64,000 nt of DNA from Pelomyxa schiedti (Eukaryota; Protista; Evosea). The notes beneath the pieces are model-generated. The model did no database searches. It worked only from the letters and a program-made list of their open reading frames with translations, and was not told the DNA's origin. Below are positions 38,344 to 50,681 of this stretch, in pieces. A program made the translations under genes and the position numbers. The stretch spans positions 1-64,000 of the forward strand of contig JAHLWZ010000206.1 of the NCBI GenBank assembly GCA_020536535.1, given 5' to 3'. Numbering within the stretch: the first letter of the stretch is position 1; each line of letters starts with the position of its first letter.

Positions 38344-41300
38344 TTATAGCTTTCCTTTGATTGTATTGAAAAGGGAACGTCTGCTGCCTGTGTCCCTTAT
38401 TTCCTTGAGAAGTTGATGCGAGGCTCCGTGCAGAGTAGCATCAGTCCTTGGTTCACGAACAAGGGAAAGGTCATAGAGATTCCTCTCTGGGAGTGACGGA
38501 AGCTCTAGAAGGAATGTGTGTAGTGGTTCTACCACATGGAACCGGTACGGCAGGTTCTGTTGTTGTAGAATTGCTTTGATGGCATTGTATACTAGGCCTA
38601 TTTCGTTTTAGCCAAGTAAAATTAGTTATTGGGTTGCTTATTAACCAAACCTCTTTTGTAAAAGTTGATGACACCATCTTTTATGTTCTTATTTCCTTCA
38701 TCAATGTAAACCAGGTCTGTAAGAAACACTCCACTAAAGGAAGAAATTAAACTGGTCACCAGTCACACAGAAGGAATACAAACATATATGGAATGGAAGG
38801 ATCACTGGCGAATTTTCCTGCCATGGCAGCTCGTAGAGATTTGAACGAGCCACTAGGATTCATGAGGTCGTTGAGAGCTTGCCATGATTGTTGTAACTTG
38901 GGATTGATGAATTGGATGTGATGCTTCAGTCTCAAAATGGGTGAAAGATTCATTCCAACAAGAACTGCCATGAGCGTGCTAAAGTTATTGAGCTTGCATA
39001 GTATCTGTGTGAGTATTAGAAAAGTACAATAAACCTTATCTGTAAGGGACATACAGATGCAATATCAATAAATTTGCTAAAAACTGCAGCTCGCTCTTGT
39101 TCCGTATGGAAACTGATTATTGTATGTGCGACCCAACAAGCAAGTTCATTTGCTCGAGAAAGCATTTTTCTGATATTAGGAGCCCGATAATAAAGTGCCG
39201 GGGTTTGCCAAGCCTGATCTAAAAGTTCCCGAGCCTTGTTTGGGAGATGCAATTGGTGAGTTCATTTGGGGTGAGAACGGACACACCTCAATTGCCTGGA
39301 AAATACCATATTCAATGTTGGTAAGTTGCTGGGCGATATCCTCATTCTTTGCTTCCATGAAGAAGGTAAGAGGACAAACACGTGCTGCAGGAAGCTATAT
39401 GTGGTAGATAAATATGAGATAAAAAGACACAAAAGAGGCACCATGATGTCAATCAAAGGCACAAGTAATGATTTAGTGCGACTGATCTTCATACTTGATT
39501 GGCGTTGTAACTCAGCCTGTAGTTGTTCTGCTGCAAAAGTTTCACCATCATTGTGTATCCTTTGGGTCAGAGAAGTAATTCTGGGTCAAAGAAGAGTGGT
39601 GAGGTTTTCTCACAACAAATAAGTCATACTCAGTAATAAGTGCCTCATCAAATTCGTCATACTGGTGTTCAATCCAGTATTTGAGGAAAATGGCAATTCG
39701 TTGCCGAATGACAGCAGGGCTCACAGGGAAATCTTTCGGGACTTCATATCTGCACTCGGCGTGAAATTTTTTATTTCATTTGGAAGCCTACCGTTGAAGA
39801 AGCTTGTCAAATAATTTTCTTGGAGTTGCAAAGGTGCAAAGTGTTGTTATGAACGTTTCAGTATAGTCGTGATCTTATTGCGTCATAAGACGTATAAAAT
39901 CGGCCAAGCAGAACAAACCTCGGAATTCGGTTGAAGTAGCATATTCAACAAGCTTGTTGAAGGTGGCTGTAGTGATTTCTGCGGCTGAGGTAGGAATTGG
40001 GGGGGGAACTGCAGGCTTCTGGGTCCAAACCTCTGTCCACAGATTGACATCAGTGTCAGCCTCTACACTTGAAGTCGATTCTGGTTATTCACATGAGTGA
40101 GAACAGTCTTCCCCTTTTTTTTTTGACACCTGTTCTTTTGGCAATCAATTTTACTTCCTTTGCTGTAACAATACAATTCAGTAGGTTGTCCAGCATTTTA
40201 ACGAGGGTGTTTGTGTGTGCTGATAACTGCAAAACAATTGCTGCTGTTCCTTGGCGATGAGCAAGGGATGCAATAGCTGACAACATGTGACAAAGAATTG
40301 ACCTGTACAGATTTATTTGGTCCGAATGGCGTCATGGATTCCCTTACCTTATTCCTTGTGATACAGTGTTGCATGTCTTTTCTAGAAGTGTCACAACCAA
40401 GCACCTTGAAACTGGAACAGCTGATGCAGAAAGAAGTTGCTCATCTGCTCGTCCTTTGAGAGAAGATGTACGAACCATTTCAGTAAGCTCTTTGATAACC
40501 TGCAGGCACTGAGGAAAACTTGCCCACAAACCAAAAAAAAGAAACTTTTAGAATCCCCGGTACTCCAGTATCAGGAGGAGCTGCCTTGGACTCCGTAATA
40601 TCTTTTTCAGCTTTTTCAGAGCACACAACCAGCAGTTGGTGCAAATTTCCTGTACACTTGGAAACTTGCCCTTCAATTTGTGTATAAATGGGCTCTCCTG
40701 TAGTAACAGATGAAGCCGCTGACATAATGATAGAGAGAACAGAGTCGGCAAATGTCGCTGCACTTCATTAGAAGGTTATAAATTGTAAAGGAACAACCGG
40801 ATATCTCAACAATTTTTTCCATAGCGGCCTCAGTTTCTGCAGCTGCTCTTTTTTCTGCTGCAGTTGACGGGGCTGAGAGAGATAAGTAAAACGATAACCA
40901 GGGTATGTATATACCACGACGTTGAAAGTTTTTTCCTTGCTCTCTTTTTCCCATTTTTCCTCTGGGAAAAGTTATAACCCATAAAATAAAAAGAAGATAA
41001 ATCAAGCACAGGGAGAAAATAGTACCTTATACAAAATTTTTGGTAGTTACTCACTGCGGCTGATATATCTAATGGGCTAGAAATATGTTAGATTGTATAT
41101 TCCCCAAGCACTGGCTCAAAAACCGCTACATACATCAGGGTAATTTCTGTTGATGGAGATGGTGACGGCTTAGGTGAGGGGGAGGTGGTCAAGTCTCCCA
41201 TTGTACAAATGGTTTGCTGAATATCTTCGCGGCTGAATGCCCTATTTCTTGGGCTTACACCACGTGAATCATCCCCTCTGGTACAGATGTTGGCATTGAT

Positions 41301-43829
41301 ATTAATAGAATTAATAGAAAGTGATAGGGAAACAAGAGGCCTTACTTGTGGGATCGACCTCGTGACTGTGTATCATTAAGAAAAGGTAAGTTAAAAGAAG
41401 GGACAAACCGAAACATCATCAACAGCCGAAAAAATGATATTGATTAAGTCGGCAGTTAAAGTGTCATCTGCAACAATCTTGTTTCCTTCCACATGTGTTT
41501 GGGCAACCTCGATAATCTGGTTTTGAAATTCGTTTAATTGAAAATGAGGATTTGATGGCCATATACTTTAGTGGCAAACTTGCTGGCTGCTTCGTTTTGG
41601 GACGTTATCTAAGGCAACTTAGATAATTGTTCATTGTGAAATACTTAGGAATTACAATGGTCATATTAGATGAATGCTTTCTGTGCGTCTGCGTCATGGT
41701 TAAAGCGAAGTAAAGGTATTGATAATTACAGTATGTCTGTGCTTGTGGATATCAGATTTTTCTGGTTTGGCCTAGAATGTTCAAGAAGTTAGGTTTTTTT
41801 TCCCCTAAGCTCAGATACCAGATCGGTTTTTTTCGTGTCTTCCTTAGTGGGGATTGTCTTGAGTGTCTCAGTGGGTCCAGAAATGGGTGGAATTGGTGGG
41901 GAATCACAAGGAACTTTTGGTACATCCACAGCAGAAGGTTTTGGTGGCTCGGTTGTAGGATGAAGTTTTGCATCCTCAATCTGAGCTTTTGCTTGCTCGA
42001 TGCGCTGCCATTCTGCTGCTATTGCATCTCTATCAATGAAATCTATAAATAGGCCAGAGAACAATCTGGAAAGAACCTGTCCTGCTGAGCTTGCAATCTT
42101 GCAAGTGCAATTTCTTTTTTCTCTTGTTTGAGTTGCTTCTCTTGTTGTTCCAGCTGTTGTAGGCTAGATTCAATTTCCTTTTTTTGCTGCTCCAACTTGA
42201 GTTTCAACTCCGAATCTTCCTGGTTAAGAACTGGTTCTGTAATTTTCTCGGCACTGTGTAAGGTTGTTTCTGAAGACAATGCTTCCTGTGAAGTCTGTCT
42301 TACAGGAGTAGCAGATGGAGGGGCGTCAGAGTCCTGAGAATTTCTTCTCGCGGGAGTAACAGCCAAATTGGCGTTGAAATCCTGTGAATTGCGGCGTGTC
42401 GGAGTAGCAGCTGGGCTCGCAGTGAATTCCTGGGAGTTGCGTCGTATGGGAGTTCCAACCTGGATTTCAATAAGCCAAAAATAAAAAAGGAAAAAGGAAA
42501 AACAATACATTTTCTGGGAGTGTTGATGGAGTTCCTTCTGGCTTTGGAGGTATGGATATTGTTGTTGTTGGAACTGGTGTAGTGTCAACTGTTGTTGAGC
42601 TTTCTGATTCAGCTTCTCTTTTTTTTTTTTTTTTCCCCTGAGTCATTGAAGAGGAGGGAAATATTCTTACGATTGAGCAGCCTTAATTGCTTCCTTGACA
42701 ACATCAGTCAGCTTTGCAATTCCAGCTCGAAGCTGATCAGTGTAAAGCATATTTCCTTGGTTCTAGTGACAATTAACTACTTTATGTTTCCCAGGAATGT
42801 ATTACTTGACATAACATTTTAGCCGAAGTCAAAATTTCAACTCCAATAGTTTTAGTCCTATGTTGCTTATGTTAGCTGCAGTATTGGTAGGACAGAATAC
42901 ATACTGTAGAACATAGCATGTTGTAGCTGGTGAGAAGCTCAAAACTTTTATAAATTCAGCTGCAGCGGCTGAAAATAGTCTTCTCTGATCGTCACAGGAT
43001 ATTGACATCATGTCACTTGATGAAGTTGTTGAAGCAAGGAGTTGAGTTACACATGTCAACATCCCCCGAGCACTTTGTGTGAGTCTCTGATCAAGGGAAA
43101 CCTGTGCAGAATGGGAGCATATTAAAGATTCAAATAATAATAAACCTCACTTGCTCGGAGTGAAGGAGGAGCAGGAGATAGTGAGCGGAGGTTCCGTGTT
43201 AATGGTGGGGGAGGTGATAGCTGTCGAGAAAAAGAATCTGCAGAGTTAAAGGAAAGAGGTCTTGTTGGAGTATCAGGTGGATGCTCACTACTTACTGTTA
43301 GCTTTGGAGGTGGTGGAGGTGGAGGGGGTGGCGGTGGGGGAGGAGGTGGCGGGGGAGGCGGAGGTTGTTGGGTGGATTCTGAAATTGGAGGGAGGGGAGG
43401 GGTTGGAGCTGGATTCGAAGGTAGTGCAAGTGGTGAACTTGGTGGTATTAATTGGGTTTGTGATAGTGATAGGTCCAAATGTTGTAGAACTCGTTTTAGA
43501 GAATCCGTCACACAGGCAAATGAAGTTGACAGTTTGGTGATAGTTTCAGGAGAAAAGTCGCTCTTAATCACCACCTTTTTTCCCACAAAAAAGGAAGATA
43601 AACGTGATTGCTCGAACTTCTGAGAGCCAGTGAAATACCTTTGCTTGGGAGAGCATTTGGACCAGGGCCTCTCTTGAGTTTTCACAAGCCTCAATAACAC
43701 TTTAGGGGAAGACATAAAGGAGTCATTAAGTGAGGAATCTAAGGGAAAATCATGCCTCGCGGATCCCATTTCTCGAGCTGCGTGCGCCATGCCATTGAGC
43801 TCAGTAAGTACATAACGCGCAGTCGTCAT
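38344..43829 (-). CDS. RasGEF (REM + CDC25) with long helical, Pro-rich N-terminus
   Basis: TATFNKLVE..TFITTLCTFATPRKLFDKLLQR, FLKYWIEH, DIAQQLTNIE, PNIRKMLSRANELACWV, LNNFSTLMAV..SPILRLK, PSIPY, DLVYIDEG, LYDLSLVREPR. Confidence 0.92.
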
Positions 43830-44313
43830 AACATTCTCCTCAGTAATTTGTGGTTTTTGATTCTAGAAATTTCCATAGAACAACAACAACAATGCCAACA
43901 GCCAACAACAACACCAACAAAGGTGAGCAAGGAAAAACCACCAGTAAAGGTAACAAACAGAAGCAGAAGCAGTGATGTCATTCTTGAGGTCAATAGCCGC
44001 CTGCACAATAGAACGTGCTGATTGTTTGATCCCTGCAAGTAGAACACGAGAGTTGGTTTGGTGGACATTTACATTGTTACCAAAATGAAACGGTACGAAA
44101 AACAAATTGCTGTGTTCACTTGTGAGGTGGTTTTGGTGTGGCTCTCTGGTAATTAGATACCTGGTGCAAGGTCCGTCATCAAAAAAACGTTTCGTTTTTT
44201 TGTACTGTTTTTTTTGGGTTGCTTTTTCTCTGCATGTGGTGAACTTCGATCGGGGGTGTAGGTACCGTAACAAACGGGTGTGTTTTTGGGGATGAGAGGT
44301 GAAGGGGAGTAGT

Positions 44314-45559
44314 TCATGCGGCGATGGAGACACAAGCTATAGCGGTGAGGGAGACCACGAAGCCTAGGACCTTGACCCACTTGTCACGGCCGCTCTGTAG
44401 TGATTCCGGTAGGAGTTCGAAGGCAGTGAAAACAAACTGGTTGTGCGGCGTTGGGGAAATGTTATTTGTGGAAGGGAGAGAGGGTGTACAGTTAGAGCTA
44501 TGGTGGGCATACTCAACGTACTGTTCCGGAAGCTATTCCAAGACATGTGCCTTCTACAAGGTCTTGAATATCGTTTGATTTAGTTGCCTTACTCTTGTTA
44601 GAATGAGTGGAATCACAAAGCCTTACCAATGCCTTTAGAAGTATTACTCCTACCATAACCCCTAGTGGTGTAACACAGGAATATAGGACAACAAAACTCA
44701 GTGCGAGTGCTTTAGAGAGTCCTAATTTAAGATACCATCCACATAATCCACTCGTTTCTGCCCACTCGTGGGCAATAATGGCGATCAGTATTGATATAAC
44801 ATCTGTCAGAGAGGAGCACAATCCGAGAGCAAGGCCCGAGGAAAAACTGTGCACAGAGAGCGCTGCTGTTGTTGCCAATGCTTTGGCGACGTGGGCCCAG
44901 TGCCTGCCATGTGAAGGATGAGCAGGGACATTTTCAACTATAAAATCATGCCCGTCATCACTATTGCCTTTGAATTAGAGGTGTTATCATAGTTTAATTT
45001 TAATGAGTATCAACTTTGTATCTTCCGGCTTGCCACTAAGCGTAGTCATTAGGTGGCAGTGCGAATCCGACACATGGGAGTCTGCAGTACTAGCACTGTC
45101 TGTATGGACATGTGTATGACTATGGCCATGACCTCCTGAAGTGCCATGTTCGTGAGGAGCCAGTTGGTCAAATACAAGCACCATTGAAAAACCAAGGGTG
45201 CACAAAAACGGAGACATCGGGAAGCCATGAAAATCAAAGTTCACCAGTAACCTCCCTAATAGTGTGGGGTGATGCTCTTTACTGAGAAGGAAAACCTGAA
45301 TCAGCGAGCATGTGGCACAAACCGACGCTAAGGAAAACGCCAGCCGAAACAGCTAATAGTATTTCAAAAAACCTGTGCTGTCCCTAAGAATTTGTGTTCA
45401 TTTGGTCAAAGCACGAAGCACGAACAAGTACCGCCTTTAAAGATGCTGGGGCCTTACATGCAGGAAAAACGGTATGAGTGCACCAACAACGGATTCAATA
45501 GGAACAATAAATAGACAAGCCAGTTTGAGCACCGCCACTGTCCATTGTTCCCCTCCCAT
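44314..45559 (-). CDS. ZIP (SLC39) zinc/iron transporter
   Basis: AGVFLSVGLCHMLADS, His-rich loop HEHGTSGGHGHSHTHVH, ALSVHSFSSGLALG, AIIAHEWAE, VTPLG, GIASGT. Confidence 0.92.
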
Positions 45560-45763
45560 ATTCGCCTTCGTTACGTGATCTACGTCCTACCACACCCAGA
45601 TCTACGTTTCGTACTCGATCTATTATTTTTTAATAAACGTTTGCAGTAGATTTCATTCTTTTTTTTCCCTCGTCGCTGGGTGGCAGTGCTCCCCGGCTAC
45701 TGTGTTGTCACTTTTTTTCGTTGGAGACCACACCATTTTGTATAATAAATACGACCACGTCCG

Positions 45764-48700
45764 ATGAGTCAGCATAGTCAGCCATGTGAGAGCAGTGGAT
45801 CTGATGTGGCGCCTGCACCGGGGCTCGACCGTGATTGTATAAAAAACGTAATAGACCGAGTGAGGACAACACCGAGAGACTTTGATTTGCCGCAATTCAT
45901 GGATGCTGCCACTTATGTGGAGGTAGGGTTTGTCAGTCTCTTTCATTGGGAATCTTAATCTCTTGGAGGAGTGGATTCCCAAGGTTACAGACGCTGAGGA
46001 TGTTCTTATTTTGGTCGAATATTTTGGTGTTGTCCTGGGTGATATAGATATTCTTGCCAGTGCCAACCTCACATACTTGTCAAATTTTTGTCCAAACGCC
46101 TTTGCGCAGGTCCACTCTTGTATTCCTGCTGCAAAACATCTAACGAAAAAAATACAATACAAGGTAGTGTCAGTGTGTCAGCAAGATATTTTCCTTAATA
46201 GTATAGAATCAGCCTCTACCACTCAGGTATAGTGTCAACTACTTCTTTTTAACTTGGACAAGATAGAAACCCTACTTGTTGAATTTTCTTGCGCATTGTT
46301 GAATAAAATTGCCCTTGCTTGCAAATCTGCCGATCCTTGGGTACATCTAGTTGGCTGCTTGTTCAGTCCTTTTCTTTCACTTTTTCTCGGGCTGTTTCCT
46401 GTTGTTAAAGTTCATTGCCTCCTTCCGTATCACTAATTTTACTTACTATCTACAGGAAGTTGCACAGAAGTCCAAGGAGTTGGGTGCCCTACACCAAAAG
46501 CTATCCGATTTCTTTAAGTTTGCCCTAAGATAATCTATCACTCACAAGTAATTCACTTAACAGGGGGTGTTCAAATTTGATTGATGAGTATATAGCAAAC
46601 ACTTCAGCAGAAGATTTTCAACACATTCTCGAAAGTAATTTCTCTTGTGATGAAAACTTCATATTCCAATATCTAGCCAAGTTTCACAAGGTCTGTTTTC
46701 CATATGTGAGTGTAGTGAGAACTCCTGTGAAATGATGAATATGTCATGGAAATCTTTGAAGAATATATTCCAACGGTTAGTGTCTTTCAGCTCTATTATT
46801 GGCAACTGAAGCCAAATACAGTTTTACCCCTCTGTTTATGCAGAGAGAGCACAACAGCCTTATAGAAAGGGTTTTGATATACGTGCGTAATTGCTTTGAG
46901 ACACGTTTAGATTCTTTCGTTACCTCTATGGCTTCTAGTCAACATGTGTGGATATTGTTATCCTGATGGGTTTAACCTTCCTTTCTAGCAAGATCAGACA
47001 TGTAACCAGAAATTACGCCTAGCTCGGTTCTTTTTGAGTCTTCATTTCAGTCTTCTCAAATTATTTGGTACACCAAACAACTGTTGTTCTATTTACATTT
47101 TTGCAGTAACTTGTGTTGATCCCCAACCAATTGCAGCCCACTTTCTTCGTTTACGAGGGTATCTTTCTCTCCATATCTATTTATTTCACACCTCCAAGTA
47201 AAATGCCACCCTTCCAAGTGCCCTTGAACATGGATGTCCAAGTACAAGATGTATTCAAAAAAGCTACAGGCAATATCTCAATGGGTTTTTTGTATTGTAA
47301 TCAATTTCCCCTAGACATGTTTGACTCCATTGTGGAGCTGACATTTGAATCACTCGAGCCAGATGGAAAAATGATGTTCCTAAAGTAAGGTAAATATGTG
47401 AGATCGTCTCTAACTTGTACAAGGTTCTTCGCACCCAACTGCACAGAAGAAACAGAGGCCTCTGTGAAATTACGTGCACTTATGACCCTCCTGCCAGTAA
47501 TATCTCTTTCCATAAAGACATGTGTGGTTTATAGGCAAGATGATTTAAACCAACAAATATCAGATGACAAGTGGCACACGCATATTGGAGAACCAGTGGG
47601 TTGGATATGCCAATGTGCGATACACTTGAACTCGAACCTTTTGCTGGACCCAATCTCTTTTTGGGATTTGGTTGTATTCTTTCACAGGCTGTTTTATATT
47701 GAAATGTAGGGAAGATAAAAAACGTGGGGAAACTCAATTCACTGCAGAAAACGTTTTTGGAATTCCGCCTGTTGCGCACTCTGGAGAATGATATTACACT
47801 ATCATTTTCTTGTGTCAAATCTTGGAGTGCTTGTATATTGTACACTATTCAAGACAGTTACAAACACATCTTTCCGGGAAAGAGAACTTCGTACTATTAT
47901 TAGCATGGTACTTTTTTAGATCTTTAACTCAAAAAAAAAAAAAAATCTTACATCTTCCCTAGTTGAAGTCAACAAATTCCACCCACTATTACCCAAGTCA
48001 ATACAGCCGTCCGTTTACCAGTTTGCTTAACTTTCTTGTGCCTCTTTTGTCTGCAAATCTCAAGGTCAATATAAAATTTGTGAAGTAACATGTTATCAGA
48101 GAGTGAGCTTAATCTCAAAATCAAAAAGGAGCTTCTTTTTCGAGAACTGGTCAATTATAACCCATCTGTTGGCGTCCGGCAATTTGATAATTCTACAGTT
48201 CTGATTCTGTCTTCAGTCTCTCTTGCTGAATTATCGACAGGCAGCACTTCCATCCGCTCTGGCTTGAGTGGAATATTAAGTTGCACTTTAGCGGCAACTC
48301 GTAAACTTGCAGGCACCAGGGAAACTGACCCTGGAAAACTTGCTGTAATGGTTGGTTATTTCTGACAATTCTTTAGTTAACTGAGCTTTGCAATAGCATG
48401 CAATGATGCAGGTTGTGTGTGGGCTCGTTCGATATCGCGATCTTCATACACAGACTTCCAGGTATTTCACCCTGTTTTTTTTTTCTTTGGTTTCTCAAAT
48501 ATCTTCTCAGTTCCAAACTACGAGATGCCTCAAGTCTTGCAATGGAAGTATTGTCCAACGAAAAACTCTCTGAAACCAACCTGTTTGCAGCGTAGGTGCA
48601 CTGCACTTCTCTCACATATAACCAGATTTCCATTGGCACTAGAAATTGCCACTTACTCAGTGGAGTTCTCAACCCCGGCAAATATAGAAAAAACTCTTAT

Positions 48701-49319
48701 TGCAGTCTCCAGACATTTGAACAAGCTTCCACTTGTCACTAGAAATTCTGCAGCCCAATTTTCATCTGTGTGCACTGGGATTGCCAAGGCATCCACCGAG
48801 CAGATTTCTTCAATCAATGATTGTGTCTCTGGCCTGTTTCAATCTCTGCTTTTACAGTGTGATGCACAGCAGCACAATCAAAACTACTGGCTCAGTGCTT
48901 TTGAGGCAATGAATTGGTTCTCCAAGTATGCACTCACTGGGCCACCCACAAATATCCAGGCAGCAGTACCCAAGCACATACAGCCACTTTTTGAGCAATT
49001 CCTGCAACGCAAACCACACCCCACTACATCCTCAGTGCAGGACACATTAGCAGCACACCAAGGGCTATTGCAGAAATCACCTGGAGTTCCGCCCCCTATC
49101 CACCTGATCTGGGCTGCTAATGATGGTACCAGTGGGCTCGAAGGCATCTCAGAATCACTCCAGGTGGCATGTGACAGCCTATGTGAGTCTGTGGAACAAG
49201 TGGGCCAGTGCACCACAATCTCACCCTCAGACAAGGCCTCCATAATGACACAGTTGAAAGCAGCAAAGCAGTACATCTCTCAATTGGAAACCCTGATGAA
49301 CAAAGGCAGTAAACACTAA
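45764..49319 (+). CDS. Large helical protein, possibly FIRRM/FLIP (C1orf112, DUF4487)
   Basis: Multi-exon model ending in a 300-aa ORF. Segments MMNMSWKSLKNIF and LRLARFFL plus a C-terminal two-helix tail resemble FLIP/C1orf112 from memory; the identity is tentative. Confidence 0.45.
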
Positions 49320-49483
49320 CAGGATGCAACCCAGAACATTTTCTTTCCCCCCATCTACAAGAGTGGAATTTGGGCAACACCAAGCTGTATCCCAAAACCA
49401 GAAGACTGAAAAAACTGTTTGGCTTTTTTTTGTTGGAAAATTTTCTTTAAAACAGGAATTTATACAACAAAAGACTAAGAAAA

Positions 49484-50492
49484 TCAACAGCAGGACTTGG
49501 TTGGTGGAGGAGCTGCAAGGGAGATTGGGGGCTCAAATCTGTGGAAAATTGGTCTTGGAAAAAGAAAAAAAAGGGGTTTGGAGAGTGCACGCTTCTTCCT
49601 CTTTGGGGTCTGTTTCTGTTACTGCAGATATCAGGGTTTCAAAGGCAGTTTCAACATTATCTCCACTGAGTGCACTTGTCTTTGGGTTTGGTAAGAAATC
49701 GGACATGGTTGGTGGTGTGTTTTACCTCAAAATACTGTATTCTTCCTTTTGATTTGCACCAGGATTGGGCTGTTGCTGCAGAGACCTATGTATTTCGAGT
49801 TGCGTTAGGATTGGGGTGCACTAGAAATAATACGCACTTGTCTCCCCTCCAAATCAGTCTTGTTTCCAAATACAACAAACGGGAATTCCTCAGGGTTTCT
49901 GGGTGACACTTGCATGAGAAACTCTTCGTACCAACATTCAAGGTGTTCAAAGGTCTTGGGTTGTGTCACGTCAAAAACGAGAACACAACAATCCGAACCT
50001 GCCTTAGTGTCAGGAAAAGTCCAATTCATTGGGAGAGTTACCTCTGTAGAAAGGAACACTCAAGCTCTGGAACCTTTCTTGTCCAGCCGTGTCCCATACC
50101 TGAACAAGTTAATTAGTTCAGTTTTGCTGAAGCGAAACGGAATACTTGAAGTGCAAACGGCTTATTCTTGACAATGACATCCTTTGAAAAGGTAAATGAA
50201 GTATTGTATATGTATCAAATACTTTTGTGAGGAAATCAGCACCAAGGGTAGTTTTATATTGTGCACTGAATCTCTTGTTTACGTATCTTATAAGTATGAG
50301 TGGGAGAAAAAAAGAAAAAAAAGCCAACGACAAACCTTTGAATCAAACACGATTTGCCAACACTGTCAGCGAGAAAGAAATGTGAATTTTGTGCATAAAG
50401 AAGACATATATTCACAGGCGCAGCAACATTATGGGATAACAGCCAACCTACCCGCTGTCACCCAACAGCACGATCTTCAACAATGTCGCCAT
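49484..50492 (-). CDS. RAB7: Rab7-like small GTPase
   Basis: [14 protein letters not shown]|[51 protein letters not shown]|TSA, C-terminal TKSCC*. Confidence 0.93.
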
Positions 50493-50681
50493 CAAAAACA
50501 CAGACCTTTACTTACCCCTAGTCATGGACAAGGAAATTCTCTCAGTCTGGGCACTGTACACAGAGGATCCCAACTTGTTGTCTTTCCCAACTCTGGTCCA
50601 GAGGCACTTGTTTCTCCAATGGTAACCAACAACTTCGAATACCAGATAAATTGCATTTCATCGAAAAAGTCGAGGGGCTAG

